A stretch of 64,000 bases of DNA from Escherichia phage dhabil, in sequence record MN850621.1. One strand, written 5' to 3'. Positions within the stretch are counted from its first letter, which is position 1. Every line of letters starts with the position of its first letter. Below are positions 46,255 through 57,506 of the stretch, one piece after another. The translations under genes and the position numbers were made by a program. The notes below the pieces were generated by a model. The model was given only the letters and a program-made list of their open reading frames with translations, did not search any database and was not told the origin of the DNA.

Positions 46255-46905
46255 TTATTTTATAAATTCACGTAATCTTACAGGTGTCATAAAAGGCCAT
46301 TTGGCTATAGTTGGTTTTATCCAGTATCTTTCATGACATGTAGCTTTAAACGCCCGAACCATATCCTTGGCCTCTTCTATAGTATCCACACCAAATTGTT
46401 CACAAGTTTTCTTTCTGGCTTTATCCCATCTCCGTTTAGCAAGCTCTGCTTGGAGGTCTTTATTGGCAAAATGGCCATTATTCCTGTTATGTGTGGTTCC
46501 TTTAGTAGGGCTCCATCCTCGTCCCTTTACAAATCCTTTAGGGACAGGTTCGTCTGGGAATAATTTAATACACTTATCACCGTTATTATAATAAACCTTT
46601 CCGGTTTGGGTAGCTGTAATATTCTCAGAATGTTTACGTTTAAGCCACCCATAAAGCTTATTAGAACGACGAGGACCTTGAGTCATTGTCATAGCTGCAA
46701 AAGTTAGTCCAGGATGGCCCGGATGTATTTTAACTAATAGTTGATGTGCCAAATAATGTTCTTCAGGGGTTAAATCAACTAGGTTTGTAGATTCATCACC
46801 TCCACCCATACATCTAGGTAAGATATGATGAGACTCTGTATAGCAGGATAGTGCTCGTCCTTGAGCACGTTTAATTAATGAAGAATATATTTTCTGGTAA
46901 TCCAT
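46255..46905 (-). CDS. HNH homing endonuclease (free-standing)
   Basis: ESHHILPRCMGGGDESTNLVDLTPEEHYLAH is a canonical HNH block; inserted between gene 2 and gene 3; ATG overlaps gene 2 stop. Confidence 0.75.
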   Translation of the reverse strand: MDYQKIYSSLIKRAQGRALSCYTESHHILPRCMGGGDESTNLVDLTPEEHYLAHQLLVKIHPGHPGLTFAAMTMTQGPRRSNKLYGWLKRKHSENITATQTGKVYYNNGDKCIKLFPDEPVPKGFVKGRGWSPTKGTTHNRNNGHFANKDLQAELAKRRWDKARKKTCEQFGVDTIEEAKDMVRAFKATCHERYWIKPTIAKWPFMTPVRLREFIK

Positions 46906-47741
46906 TATGCGTTCTTCCAAACTTTCTGAGCACTGTAACGCTTACCTTTAGACATAAACTGCTGAAGAGGAAGTAGGGTTACGTTAGCCCAATCAGAAGG
47001 TTTTATCTCTACTAAAGGTCCCTTGATATTTCCAGGGATATAAGCCTTAATCATCGCGTCAGCACCAGCAAATCCTTTTACCTTACTCCAATCAATTTTT
47101 AATTTGGTCGAGTTCGTAATGGTAGGCGTACTCGCGTATTGCTTCAGCAATTCTTCTAGAAATTGTTGGCGTGCTTTAGGCGGAATATAGTGTAAGTTCA
47201 ACCCATACATCAGATTATGCTTACCGAGCCCAAGATAAATGATTAAAGGATATTTGTCCCAGTAGGGTAATGTGTCCTTGTGTTTAGCATCATAGATATA
47301 AGCATAAAGCTTACCAGGAGATGGTTTAGATACCTGGTGTCCACGAATTCCTTTCTTTAATGTTTCTGTAAACCATTTAGCTGATTTATTGTTTACAGCA
47401 GCGCCTTCGTTAGCAATCTTATCACGAATACTCTTTCTAAAACTATTCACCAAAATTAATTGACGTTCGGCTTTGGTCAATTTATTGCCAGGTTTCTTCT
47501 GAAGTTTTTCGACCTGTACGGCAGTTTTAATTCGACTCGAGTATCGAGACATCGCAGATGTAAAGCTAGAATACTTAATGCCTTTATCTTCAGCGAATTT
47601 CTTAGACGAGACACCTTTGGCCTTAGCTTTGGCATATTCAACACCTAAAGCTATCCATTGTTGCTCTGAACGAGTAGGCTTAGAACCTTTTGTGGTTTCA
47701 GTGGCCTCATTGATGTAGGAAAATATACTCATCCTTTCCAT
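46905..47741 (-). CDS. 2: DNA end-protector gp2
   Basis: 278 aa; position between gene 4 and gene 3 as in T4. Confidence 0.8.
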   Translation of the reverse strand: MERMSIFSYINEATETTKGSKPTRSEQQWIALGVEYAKAKAKGVSSKKFAEDKGIKYSSFTSAMSRYSSRIKTAVQVEKLQKKPGNKLTKAERQLILVNSFRKSIRDKIANEGAAVNNKSAKWFTETLKKGIRGHQVSKPSPGKLYAYIYDAKHKDTLPYWDKYPLIIYLGLGKHNLMYGLNLHYIPPKARQQFLEELLKQYASTPTITNSTKLKIDWSKVKGFAGADAMIKAYIPGNIKGPLVEIKPSDWANVTLLPLQQFMSKGKRYSAQKVWKNA

Positions 47742-48178
47742 CCTAATTTTTTCAGTGAATGTTCGGTAATCAATCTAAAGTTGATACCCATTTTATCTGC
47801 GGTAGCTTTAGCGGCTTTCCACTTGTCACTATTCACAGACCAAGTATAATGTTCGTTAATATATCTCTTTTTAGCGGCAGTGGTCATTTTTACCGGAATC
47901 GCTGGAGGGTGGGTCTCTTTAAAAGGTTTGACTTCAAAAAAGAATTGTTGACCATTATCAAACTTAACCCAGAAGTCCATATAATATCGACGTTTCTTTC
48001 CTTCAGCATTACAAAAATATGGAATCACAACCTCTTCTGAATTCCATTGGACTACATTAGGATGATTATCAAGCCATCTCATTAGCCATGCTTCCCAAGA
48101 GGAACGATATTGGATTTTCTTCCAGTCACCTTTATATTTTTGTAAGTTTGTAGGTTTAAATTTCCCTGAGTAAGCCAT
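47729..48178 (-). CDS. 4: head completion protein gp4
   Basis: 149 aa; divergent from gene 53 with late promoter upstream. Confidence 0.8.
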   Translation of the reverse strand: MAYSGKFKPTNLQKYKGDWKKIQYRSSWEAWLMRWLDNHPNVVQWNSEEVVIPYFCNAEGKKRRYYMDFWVKFDNGQQFFFEVKPFKETHPPAIPVKMTTAAKKRYINEHYTWSVNSDKWKAAKATADKMGINFRLITEHSLKKLGWKG

Positions 48179-48189
48179 AGTTGCCTCCT

Positions 48190-48197
48190 TATAAATA
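48190..48197 (+). promoter_or_regulatory. late promoter (TATAAATA) for gene 53
   Basis: Plus-strand TATAAATA about 28 nt upstream of gene 53 ATG. Confidence 0.6.
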
Positions 48198-48204
48198 TTA
48201 ATAT

Positions 48205-48212
48205 TATTTATA
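48205..48212 (-). promoter_or_regulatory. late promoter (TATAAATA) for gene 4 operon
   Basis: Minus-strand TATAAATA in the 46-bp divergent region between gene 4 and gene 53. Confidence 0.6.
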
Positions 48213-48224
48213 CTCGGAGGCCCT

Positions 48225-48827
48225 ATGCTCTTCTCATTTTTCGATCCTATCGATTACGAATCAAAAACAGTCAAGCCGGATTCGGGCTCATTAACAAATG
48301 CCGATGTATTGAGCGTGCCGATGACTGATATATTTAGAAATTATAAAGAATATTTTGATAAAGTGGCTAAAAATTATACACTAAAGACTTATTATATCAA
48401 TGGGGCCCCTCGTCCAGAAGAATTGGCCCATCTTCTTTATGGCAATGTCCAATTATATTGGGTTCTACTTATGTGCAACAATATATATGACCCTTATTAT
48501 GGATGGATTACCGGGCAAGAAGCAGCATATCAAGCGGCAATCCAAAGATATTCTACCGACGGCGGAAACCAGGTCCTTTACCATGTAAACGAAAAAGGTG
48601 AGAAATTCTGGAATCTTGTCAACACACCGGAAAATCCGTATACTTGGTATGATAAAGGCGATACAGAAAAACGTTATCCTCAATACGAAGGTCCATTAGC
48701 CGCAGTAGATATTTACGAGGATGCCATTCGTAAAAATGAATATAAGCGCGAAATAAAGATTATTGACCCTAATGATATTGAGTCTTTTATTTCTGCCCTT
48801 ATTCGTGAAATGGAGAAAGCCCTCTAA
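48225..48827 (+). CDS. 53: baseplate wedge protein gp53
   Basis: 200 aa; MLFSFFDPIDYESKTV…YYGWITGQEAAYQA resembles T4 gp53; late promoter upstream. Confidence 0.88.
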   Translation: MLFSFFDPIDYESKTVKPDSGSLTNADVLSVPMTDIFRNYKEYFDKVAKNYTLKTYYINGAPRPEELAHLLYGNVQLYWVLLMCNNIYDPYYGWITGQEAAYQAAIQRYSTDGGNQVLYHVNEKGEKFWNLVNTPENPYTWYDKGDTEKRYPQYEGPLAAVDIYEDAIRKNEYKREIKIIDPNDIESFISALIREMEKAL

Positions 48828-50569
48828 TGATTAACATGTCTGATAACGTAAGTTGGTTCGTCGGTGTAGTTGAAGACCGAATGGACCCACTCCAACAAGG
48901 TCGTGTACGCGTACGCGTATGGGGTATGCACCCGTATGAAAAAGTACAGGGCCCTGTAAAAGGCCTTCGTACGGAAGATTTACCATGGATGTCGGTATTA
49001 ATGCCTACATCTTCTGCCTCTGTTTCCGGTATCCAAACCGCTATGACTGGTATGGTCCCTGGTACACAAGTTTATGGCCATTTTCTTGATAAGTGGAAAT
49101 TAAACGGGCTTGTCCTTGGTACGTACGGTTCAGCATCAAAACAAAAGGCAAATCCAAACGAAGGTTTTAGTGACCCTACAGGGCAGTATCCGCTTTATTT
49201 AGGTAATGATGCCGCTGCACTAAACCGAGGTGGTGAAGTTGGATATGATGCCACTTCTAACGTAATACAAGATGCAAACACTGATGTAGGTATTAATCCT
49301 GACGGTTTGGATTTAAGCCAAGTTAAGCCTGATGATAATCCTAATTTCACAATAGAAAACATGCTTCATCGTGATGAAGGGCTTAGACTGAAGGTATATT
49401 GGGACACCGAAGGATACCCTACTATTGGTATAGGCCACCTTATTACTCCACAACCTATTAGAGATATGACCCAGATAAACAAAATATTATCTAATCAAAT
49501 AGGTCGAGAAGTTAAAGGTAATCCAGGTGCAATATCAATGGACGAGGCTTCTAAGTTATTCCAGGAAGACCTTAAAAAAGTTCAAAACGATATAGGTAGG
49601 CATAGTGTTGTAGGTCCGGTTTACAATAAAGAAAACCGTTCAAGACAAATGGCTCTTGAAAACATGGCTTTCCAAATGGGTTTAGGTGGACTTGCTAAAT
49701 TCCGTGGTATGCTCAGTGCTATGTTAATAGGCGATTATAAAAAGGCATTTGAGGAAGCTCGTAATTCAGTATGGTTTAACCAAACTAAGGGACGTGCCTC
49801 AAGGGTATCAATGATTATCCTTACCGGTAATATGGAATCATACGGTATTATGGCCCCTAAAGAAAGAGAATTTAATGGCCGTTCTTATAGGATGATTCAA
49901 ACCTTTGCAGCCCCTACAAATTCAGACCCAGCCGACCCATGGACTCCAGAAGATACAAGGATTCTTTTTAAAGAGCCGGATTCCAGTTATAAAGGCGAAT
50001 ATCCATATGTCCAAACCATGCAAACTGAAGGTGGGCATATCCAAGAATTCGATAACACACCAGGGCAAGAACGTTACCGATTAATTCACCCTACAGGTAG
50101 TTATGAAGAAGTTGCTCCTGATGGACGTAAAACTTCTAAGACCGTAGCCGACGGATATTATATGACCCAAGGCGATTCTAATACTTATGTTGGCGGTAAT
50201 AATAAAGTCAATATAGGTGGTGATGAAACCTATTATAATATGGCAAACGTTCGACGTCAAACTGACGGTTCTGAAAGCATCCATATTCGTGGTAACGAAA
50301 CCAAAACGGTAGAAGGCGACGGAACCCTTATTGTTAAAGGAAATGTTACGGTTATTGTTGAAGGCAATGCTGATATAACTGTTAAAGGTGATGCAAAAAC
50401 ATTAGTTGAAGGCAACCATGATTATACAGTAAATGGAAACGTTAAATGGTCGGTAAACGGAAACGTTGATATGACCGTTGCTGGTAATTGGTCTGAAACT
50501 ATGTCGACTATGAGTTCTATTGCATCCGGTCAATATACTATTGATGGTTCGAGGATTGACATTGGCTAA
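48827..50569 (+). CDS. 5: baseplate hub / cell-puncturing lysozyme gp5
   Basis: 580 aa; N-terminal OB domain, lysozyme block DEGLRLKVYWDTEGYPTIGIGHLI, C-terminal VEGN/VKGN beta-helix repeats; T4 gp5-like. Confidence 0.95.
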   Translation: MINMSDNVSWFVGVVEDRMDPLQQGRVRVRVWGMHPYEKVQGPVKGLRTEDLPWMSVLMPTSSASVSGIQTAMTGMVPGTQVYGHFLDKWKLNGLVLGTYGSASKQKANPNEGFSDPTGQYPLYLGNDAAALNRGGEVGYDATSNVIQDANTDVGINPDGLDLSQVKPDDNPNFTIENMLHRDEGLRLKVYWDTEGYPTIGIGHLITPQPIRDMTQINKILSNQIGREVKGNPGAISMDEASKLFQEDLKKVQNDIGRHSVVGPVYNKENRSRQMALENMAFQMGLGGLAKFRGMLSAMLIGDYKKAFEEARNSVWFNQTKGRASRVSMIILTGNMESYGIMAPKEREFNGRSYRMIQTFAAPTNSDPADPWTPEDTRILFKEPDSSYKGEYPYVQTMQTEGGHIQEFDNTPGQERYRLIHPTGSYEEVAPDGRKTSKTVADGYYMTQGDSNTYVGGNNKVNIGGDETYYNMANVRRQTDGSESIHIRGNETKTVEGDGTLIVKGNVTVIVEGNADITVKGDAKTLVEGNHDYTVNGNVKWSVNGNVDMTVAGNWSETMSTMSSIASGQYTIDGSRIDIG

Positions 50570-50579
50570 TATTTTACCT

Positions 50580-51101
50580 ATGAGCACTGATTTAGGAGAC
50601 TCCATGGAAGGAGCCTCAATCGATGTTACGTTTACCGCTCAATTAGAAACAAACGAAACATTAGTTGAAATAAATATAACAGAATATGAGCCAACAGAAG
50701 GCATTATTGTCGATGGGGCTCGTTTATACGGAACCTATGAATCGGTATTTGGATTCTCTGAAGATGCGTTAAAATATCGATTAGGTGATGAATTTAAAAC
50801 AGCAGGTTCATGGAAAGATTTACCAGAGGACAAGAGCACTCAATTATACCTCTGGAAAGCCCCTGGTAATCTTCAGAAGACTTTTTCCTATACTGTCACA
50901 TTAATCTATGACTTTCAGGAAGAGTCATCAGGAGGTGATACAGGGAGCTCAGGAGGAAGTAATTCTAGAGCCGGTAGCGAAACCGACCCTCCTCCAGCAC
51001 CAGTAAGAAAAACCCTTACTAAGGTTTATACCAAGGTTATAGTGGGTAATTGGAGCAAATGGGCTAATCAACTCAGAGAATATGTATATGCGAGGCCATA
51101 A
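50580..51101 (+). CDS. 5.1: gp5.1-like protein
   Basis: ORF after gene 5; start set to first ATG downstream of gene 5 stop (MSTDLGD…). Confidence 0.55.
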   Translation: MSTDLGDSMEGASIDVTFTAQLETNETLVEINITEYEPTEGIIVDGARLYGTYESVFGFSEDALKYRLGDEFKTAGSWKDLPEDKSTQLYLWKAPGNLQKTFSYTVTLIYDFQEESSGGDTGSSGGSNSRAGSETDPPPAPVRKTLTKVYTKVIVGNWSKWANQLREYVYARP

Positions 51102-51394
51102 TGTCGGGCTTAAGTTATAACCAATGCGTAACCGCAGGTCATGAAGCATGGCCTCCTACAGTAATAAATGCCACCCAGGGTAAAGTATTTACAGGCGGCA
51201 TTCCTGTATTAGTCGATGGGGACCCAATAACTCCTCATACAGAAATTAAAAAACCATATGAAACCCACGGTGGGGTAACCCAACCTAGAACATCAAAGGT
51301 ATATGTTACAGGCAAAAAGGCTGTCCAGATGGCAGACCCTATTTCGTGCGGTGATACAGTCGCACAAGCCTCATCTAAAGTATTCATAAAATAG
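51101..51394 (+). CDS. 5.4: PAAR-repeat spike tip protein gp5.4
   Basis: 97 aa, Gly/Pro-rich with His and Cys, same size and position as T4 gp5.4. Confidence 0.8.
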   Translation: MSGLSYNQCVTAGHEAWPPTVINATQGKVFTGGIPVLVDGDPITPHTEIKKPYETHGGVTQPRTSKVYVTGKKAVQMADPISCGDTVAQASSKVFIK

Positions 51395-51402
51395 GAATTA
51401 AA

Positions 51403-53361
51403 ATGGCTACTCCTACGAATTACCAATTAACAAGAACCGTTAACGCTATCCCAAAAGTATTTGTGGGAGCTACGTTTGAAGAAATTAAAAAGAATATTAT
51501 AGACTGGCTTTCCAGCCAGGACGAATTTAAGGATTATGATTTCGTTGGTTCTCGAATGAATATCCTTATTGATATGCTTGCTTATAATACCCTTTATATG
51601 CAGCAATTTGCTAACACAGCTTTATACGAATCTTTTATAGGAACAGCAAACCTTCGTTCTTCTGTTGTCCAAGCTGCACAAGACAATGGATATCTCCCTA
51701 GTTCTAAGTCTGCAGCTAAAACTACGGTAATGCTCACATGCACGCAAGCCCTTAATGAAAAGAATATTCGTATCCCTAGAGGTACCAAATTCTTGGCTTA
51801 TGCACGTGATACATCAGCAGACCCATATTCTTTTGTGACAACTGATAACGTTATCGCAGTGCGAGACGTTAATAATCAGTATTGGCCTATTGTTTCTTTG
51901 GCCCAGGGACGTATTATTCGTACTGAACTTAAATATGACCCTAAAACTCCTATTCTTATTCGTGACCCTGATATTGATAGACAAGAAGTTAGACTTTACG
52001 TTGATGGCGCAGAATGGATTAACTGGACCAATAAATCAATGGTCCACGCTGGCAGTACTTCAACAATTTATTATATGCGTGAAACCGTAGATGGTAATAC
52101 AGAATTCTTCTTTGGTGAGGGTGAAGCCGAGAAATCTGTTGCGGGTGGAGTATTGGAAGCTAATTATATCGGCGGCCTAAAACCTGTTAAAGATTCTACT
52201 ATCGTCATCGAATATCTTCGTACAGATGGTGAAGTTGCTAACGGTGCGGTGGACTTCAGTTATGCTGACTCCTTGGCTTATATTACTGTAGAAAAAATTA
52301 CTGAAAACTATAACGACGACCCTGATTATGTGGGTGCTGATGGTGGTGGCGACCCTGAAGATATTGAACGAATCCGTGAATTGGCTGTAGTTAAGCGTGA
52401 AGCCCAGATGCGTGCTGTAACAGGAACCGACTACGATACATTCGTATCCGAACGTTTTGGTTCTATCGTGCAAGCAGTACAAACCTTTACAGACCCAAAT
52501 AAACCCGGTTATGCTTTTGTCACCATTAAACCTAAATCAGGGCTATATTTGACCGCGGTCCAACGTGAAGATATCCAAGACTATCTAAAAGAATTTAACT
52601 TAGCCCCTATTACCGCTTCTGTTATTTCTCCCGATTATTTGTTCTTAAAGCATAAAATTAAGGTATCGTATGCCTTGAATAAATTACAGGAATCTGAACA
52701 GTGGTTATCGGCCCAAATTCTTTCTCAGATAGACCGTTATTATATTAACGAAGTAGAAATTTTTAACCACGGATTCGCTAAGTCAAAAATGCTGACTTAT
52801 ATTGATAATGCTGACCATAGTATTTTAGGCTCCTCTGCTACCATAACAATGGTTCGTGAGGTATTGAACTTTTTCAAAACTCCTGAGTCAGGTATTAAAT
52901 ACTATAATCAATACACTAACCGTTCTGTGGTTTCTAGTGAATTTGAGTTTGTCCCTACTAACGTTTCTGAAGACCACCCGGCATATAATGTACGAATTGC
53001 CGCTACAGATAAAGACGAACGTGGTGATGGTAAAATGGTTATTGGGCCTTTCCGTCCAGGAGATGTAATTGAAAACCAATATATTAAACCATATACAGGA
53101 AATGACTTTGATAAAATGCCTGCTCCTGCAGACCAATCCGTTTATTACGTTATAGGTGAAATCGATTATTATTCAGATTTCATTTTCTGGGACATCGCGG
53201 CTATTGGTTTAACGTCCGACCGTTTTGAAGTTCAATCTATAGAACTTTATGCGGGACCTGACCAAGATAACATCTTTACAAAAGATGGTTCATTAATCGT
53301 ATTTGAAGATGACCTCCGCCCTCAATACACGACCATTGAATTAGAACCTATTACAATATAA
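51403..53361 (+). CDS. 6: baseplate wedge protein gp6
   Basis: 652 aa; NYQLTRTVNAIPKVFVG… and HAGSTSTIYYMRETVDGNTEF blocks as T4 gp6. Confidence 0.92.
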   Translation: MATPTNYQLTRTVNAIPKVFVGATFEEIKKNIIDWLSSQDEFKDYDFVGSRMNILIDMLAYNTLYMQQFANTALYESFIGTANLRSSVVQAAQDNGYLPSSKSAAKTTVMLTCTQALNEKNIRIPRGTKFLAYARDTSADPYSFVTTDNVIAVRDVNNQYWPIVSLAQGRIIRTELKYDPKTPILIRDPDIDRQEVRLYVDGAEWINWTNKSMVHAGSTSTIYYMRETVDGNTEFFFGEGEAEKSVAGGVLEANYIGGLKPVKDSTIVIEYLRTDGEVANGAVDFSYADSLAYITVEKITENYNDDPDYVGADGGGDPEDIERIRELAVVKREAQMRAVTGTDYDTFVSERFGSIVQAVQTFTDPNKPGYAFVTIKPKSGLYLTAVQREDIQDYLKEFNLAPITASVISPDYLFLKHKIKVSYALNKLQESEQWLSAQILSQIDRYYINEVEIFNHGFAKSKMLTYIDNADHSILGSSATITMVREVLNFFKTPESGIKYYNQYTNRSVVSSEFEFVPTNVSEDHPAYNVRIAATDKDERGDGKMVIGPFRPGDVIENQYIKPYTGNDFDKMPAPADQSVYYVIGEIDYYSDFIFWDIAAIGLTSDRFEVQSIELYAGPDQDNIFTKDGSLIVFEDDLRPQYTTIELEPITI

Positions 53362-53376
53362 GCCTCTTAGGAGGCT
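53361..53376 (+). other. hairpin between gene 6 and gene 7
   Basis: AGCCTC-TTAG-GAGGCT immediately before the SD of gene 7. Confidence 0.4.
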
Positions 53377-53389
53377 TTGAGGAGATTTA

Positions 53390-56300
53390 ATGTCTGTGCA
53401 AGCGCCTTCCGTTACTAGTTTGAGAATTGATAAACTCTCGGCTAACCATGTAAGTATTCTTTGGGATGACGTAGGCGCCAATTTCTATTATTTCGTAGAA
53501 CTGGCCCAAACCAAGGATGCGGGTGAATCTATACCCGATGATAAGTTATTTTGGAGAAATTTAGGTTACACCCCGAACAATAACTGGTTCGAAGAAAGAT
53601 TTATTTCTCCTAATTCGTTTTATAAAATGCGTGTCGCTGTAGCTGCTCAAGGATTTGAACAATCTGAATGGGTTTATACAGAAGAATTCGAGACATTTTC
53701 TACCAACGCATATACCTTCGAGCATATGCGAGAATTCACTTTATCCAATAAATTCATTGAAGAAAAATTTACCAAAAATAACCAGAATTACGTGGATTTT
53801 AATAGTGATGCCATTATGGCTTCTATGATGACAGAGGATTTTACTTGGACTCCATCGTATTCTCACCTTTCTTCAATTTCTAATTATGTATTAAAGGCTG
53901 ACCGCTTTCATGAGATTCAAGGAAGTATTCAAGCCGTATGTAAGGACCCTAATCGTTCCATTTTAATGGAGCTTGGTGGTGTACTTTATCTTTTAGAAAG
54001 ATTTCAGAACACTGCTAAGGTATCTAATGACAAAGCTCAAAACTGGCACTATATTCGTTTGTTTAATGACCGAGTAGGTAACCCGGTTTCACGTACGGCC
54101 CATTACCAAACGGACACCACAACTTATGTTTTAGGTTATGACCGTATATTTTACGGACGTAAATCGAGCGATATCAGATGGTCTGCTGACGATGTACGTT
54201 TTAGCTCACAAGACGTGACATTTGCTAAAATTGGTAGTGATATCGACCTTGATTTTGAAATTGAAATTTTTGGTTCTTATGCCCGTTTACCATTAGCTAT
54301 TTCTACTATAGCAGAGGCAATGTGTGCTTCGGATGATTTTATTTACGTGGCTGCTAGAGACAGAGTTTATAAAGCAAAAACCACCGATGCGCCTATTGAT
54401 ACCGACCCAGGTTCTCCTACTTATGGTGAAAAAATATTTGAAAGTGGATATTCGACCATAACCGGCAACCCTAAAGCAGTTTGTTATAAATTGGACTCTA
54501 TTCAAGGAAATACTTTTGCCTTAATTACGGGTGAAGTTAAAGAAGAAAGAATGGACCCTACTAAAGAAGAAAACGTGGTTGATTCTGAATCTAAAGGCGT
54601 TTATTGGTTGGATGCTGAAACTGATACATGGACCAGAGTATTTGGTAATACTGAAGAAGAGAGACGTCGTATTGAGCATGGTTATACCAGCATGTCTACA
54701 GACGGTGAAGAAATATTCTTTAGCTCAAGTAACTTCAAATACGAGGTGGAAGTTGACAACGAATTGCCTTTAGAATACCCTATCGTGGCTTCTGCCGTAA
54801 AATACGTTAAGGATGAGCAGTGGATTCATGATAAACATTATCTGATGATGAGCTTTAGAGCCAACAGTAAATCAGATTTTAAAGAATTCAAACCTGGCCG
54901 AATGGCTTATTACGCCGAACCATTCTTTAGTTGGTCTAGACGCGATGGAACCCGCTCTTGGATTACCACAAGTAATCATGCGATGGTAGTTTATAACGAT
55001 GCATTATATCAGAAAATTATTGATTTAAACAGTGGTTCTTCTCCAGAGCGTATTATCCGTGAAATTTGGGATAAAGGCTTTTGTACCGTAACATGCCCTA
55101 ACATTGAATTCAGCGGATTTAAAAAATATTCTTCAGGTATTATGATTCACAAATCATCAGGTGAATTGGTAGGATATTTCGAGTTCGATTATCGAGTTCG
55201 AGATGAAGTTAGAATAATTTGGAAGCCTAAAGAAATAATGTTTACCGCAGAGCTCCAAAACCAAGAGCATGAAATCCCATGGACCCCTAAAGAAGAAACA
55301 GGTGAACAAGACCCTGATTTGCGTCCTTTATTGGTTAAAATGGTCCCTGATAGTTATTTGCTTCAAGATTCTAACTTTGAAAAATTCTGCGAATATTATC
55401 TTCAGTTTATTAGTGATGGCTCTGGCACTCATTATAATAACCTATTAAATCTTATTCGTAACCAATATCCTCGTGAAGAAGACTCGTGGGAATATTTGTG
55501 GTCCGAAATCTATAAACGTAATATCTACCTGTCTAAAGAAAAGCGCGACGAAGTGGTTCGTTTCTTCCAGGCTCGTCAATCGGATTTCTGGTCTACAAAA
55601 GGTACCGAGGCTTCTTATAAGTTCCTGTTTAAATTGCTTTATAACGAAGATGTCGAAATTGATATAGAGTCTAAGAACTCTATTGAATATGATATCATTG
55701 TAGAATCCGATAACATCAGTGAAGATATTGTCGGCCAAACAATTTATACCCCTACAGGAAGAAGTAATGTTACTTATATAGAACGAAATTATAAAGATGG
55801 TAAATTGCAATGGCGTTTAACCATTCATAATCTTTTAGGTCGTTTTATAGTGGGTCAAGAGATTAAATCTGAACGCACATCATTTAAAGGTATGATAGTG
55901 CAGGGTGTACGCGGTAAAGAATTGTTAAGTAACAATATCGATTATATTAACCGCAACCGTTCTTATTATGTTATGACTATTAAATCCAACCTCCCTACTT
56001 CTCGATATCGTAATGATGTATTGAGATTTGTCCACCCTGTAGGATTTGGTTTTATAGGGATTACGTTGCTTTCTATGTTTGTTAACGTCGGTTTGACATT
56101 AAAGCACACGGAAACCATTATTAATATACTTAAGAACTATAAGTGGGACTCAGGTCTTCCATCTGAATGGTATGATAGAGTTGCTGTAATCGGATTTGAT
56201 GGTAATATAGAACGAGACCCTAGAACAGGGCTCCCGGTTTATAACGTTGGACCTAAAGCAGGTGAACCGTTTGATATTCCTGCTGATTATGACGCAGAAA

Positions 56301-56482
56301 ATGATTTCTCTGTATTCCAAGGCCAATTACCTCATGAACGTATTAAAAAGCATAGTCCTTTATTTGACCAAAGTGCAGTAACATTTTCAAAATGGCGTGC
56401 TTTAGTTGATGACAGACTTAAAGCTGATATAGGAAACCCTAGAGACCCGCAAGACCCAACTCAGGTAAAAATTGATGATTAA
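53390..56482 (+). CDS. 7: baseplate wedge protein gp7
   Basis: 1030 aa, size and position of T4 gp7. Confidence 0.88.
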   Translation: MSVQAPSVTSLRIDKLSANHVSILWDDVGANFYYFVELAQTKDAGESIPDDKLFWRNLGYTPNNNWFEERFISPNSFYKMRVAVAAQGFEQSEWVYTEEFETFSTNAYTFEHMREFTLSNKFIEEKFTKNNQNYVDFNSDAIMASMMTEDFTWTPSYSHLSSISNYVLKADRFHEIQGSIQAVCKDPNRSILMELGGVLYLLERFQNTAKVSNDKAQNWHYIRLFNDRVGNPVSRTAHYQTDTTTYVLGYDRIFYGRKSSDIRWSADDVRFSSQDVTFAKIGSDIDLDFEIEIFGSYARLPLAISTIAEAMCASDDFIYVAARDRVYKAKTTDAPIDTDPGSPTYGEKIFESGYSTITGNPKAVCYKLDSIQGNTFALITGEVKEERMDPTKEENVVDSESKGVYWLDAETDTWTRVFGNTEEERRRIEHGYTSMSTDGEEIFFSSSNFKYEVEVDNELPLEYPIVASAVKYVKDEQWIHDKHYLMMSFRANSKSDFKEFKPGRMAYYAEPFFSWSRRDGTRSWITTSNHAMVVYNDALYQKIIDLNSGSSPERIIREIWDKGFCTVTCPNIEFSGFKKYSSGIMIHKSSGELVGYFEFDYRVRDEVRIIWKPKEIMFTAELQNQEHEIPWTPKEETGEQDPDLRPLLVKMVPDSYLLQDSNFEKFCEYYLQFISDGSGTHYNNLLNLIRNQYPREEDSWEYLWSEIYKRNIYLSKEKRDEVVRFFQARQSDFWSTKGTEASYKFLFKLLYNEDVEIDIESKNSIEYDIIVESDNISEDIVGQTIYTPTGRSNVTYIERNYKDGKLQWRLTIHNLLGRFIVGQEIKSERTSFKGMIVQGVRGKELLSNNIDYINRNRSYYVMTIKSNLPTSRYRNDVLRFVHPVGFGFIGITLLSMFVNVGLTLKHTETIINILKNYKWDSGLPSEWYDRVAVIGFDGNIERDPRTGLPVYNVGPKAGEPFDIPADYDAENDFSVFQGQLPHERIKKHSPLFDQSAVTFSKWRALVDDRLKADIGNPRDPQDPTQVKIDD

Positions 56483-57479
56483 TTCAACAGTAATATATCG
56501 TTCTATTGTTACTTCTAAATTTAGAACGGAAAAGATGTACAACTTTTACAGAACAATCGGTGATGGTGAAGACCAGAACACGATGTATGTATCTTTCGGG
56601 AGAGCCCAACCATGGGCTCCTAACGAAAACGACCCAGGCTTTGCTCCACCGTATCCTGTAGATGATTCTGAGGGCGTAGAGGACGTCTGGACAAACATGA
56701 TGGGTTGTGTTAAGGTTTATAAGAGTATGTTGGATTGTGTTGTTCCTCGCAAAGACTGGGGCGATACCTCTTATCCTAATCCTTTCACATTCCAGATTGG
56801 TGAAATTGTAGTGGCGAATAGCCAGCCGCAAAACCGTACTGATGTTGGTGCAGGTTGGATGGTTTATCGTTGTGTGGATGTTCCTGAATCCGGAGCATGC
56901 TCTATTTTATCTCTTGATAATAAAACCGAGTGTATTAAACTTGGCGGTAAATGGACCGCAAACGTCCCTTCAGTTAAAGCTCCAGCAGGACAAGGCGATA
57001 CCGAAGGTATGGTTGATACCGGCGATGGGTATCTTTGGGAATATCTTTATGAGATTCCACCTGATGTAAGTATCAACCGTTGTACCAATGAATATATTGT
57101 AGTTCCATGGCCGGAAGAAATTGCTGAAGACCCTGAACGTTGGGGATACGAGAATAACCTCACTTGGCAACAAGACGATTACGGATTGATTTATCGTATT
57201 AAAGGCAATACTATTCGTTTTAAAGCATTCTTAGATTCAGTTTATTTCCCTGAATTTAGTTTGCCAGGGAATAAAGGATTTAGACAACTTTCAATAATTT
57301 CCAACCCATTGGAAGCTAAAGCCCACCCATCAGACCCGATCATTAAAGCCGAAAAAGAGTACTATGACGTTATAGACCTCTCCCGCCACTCCGGTGAAAT
57401 GATTTATATGGAAAACCGTCCTCCGGTTATTCGTTCCATGGACCAAACCGAAGAAATTAACATTATCTTCGAATTCTAA
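56472..57479 (+). CDS. 8: baseplate wedge protein gp8
   Basis: 335 aa, size and position of T4 gp8. Confidence 0.88.
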   Translation: MMINSTVIYRSIVTSKFRTEKMYNFYRTIGDGEDQNTMYVSFGRAQPWAPNENDPGFAPPYPVDDSEGVEDVWTNMMGCVKVYKSMLDCVVPRKDWGDTSYPNPFTFQIGEIVVANSQPQNRTDVGAGWMVYRCVDVPESGACSILSLDNKTECIKLGGKWTANVPSVKAPAGQGDTEGMVDTGDGYLWEYLYEIPPDVSINRCTNEYIVVPWPEEIAEDPERWGYENNLTWQQDDYGLIYRIKGNTIRFKAFLDSVYFPEFSLPGNKGFRQLSIISNPLEAKAHPSDPIIKAEKEYYDVIDLSRHSGEMIYMENRPPVIRSMDQTEEINIIFEF

Positions 57480-57480
57480 T

Positions 57481-57500
57481 AAAGGGCCGCAAGGCCCTTT
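57481..57500 (+). terminator. hairpin (GCAA loop) after gene 8
   Basis: GGGCC-GCAA-GGCCC followed by TTT; late promoter of gene 9 follows. Confidence 0.5.
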
Positions 57501-57506
57501 CGGGGG

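Noticed and set aside
46255-46266. Late promoter for gene 3 (TTTATAAAATA on the minus strand)
   Set aside because: One mismatch from TATAAATA and located at the HNH gene stop; too weak to annotate.
52177-53136. Minus-strand ORFs (82-101 aa) inside gene 6
   Set aside because: Antisense shadow ORFs within a well-supported structural gene.
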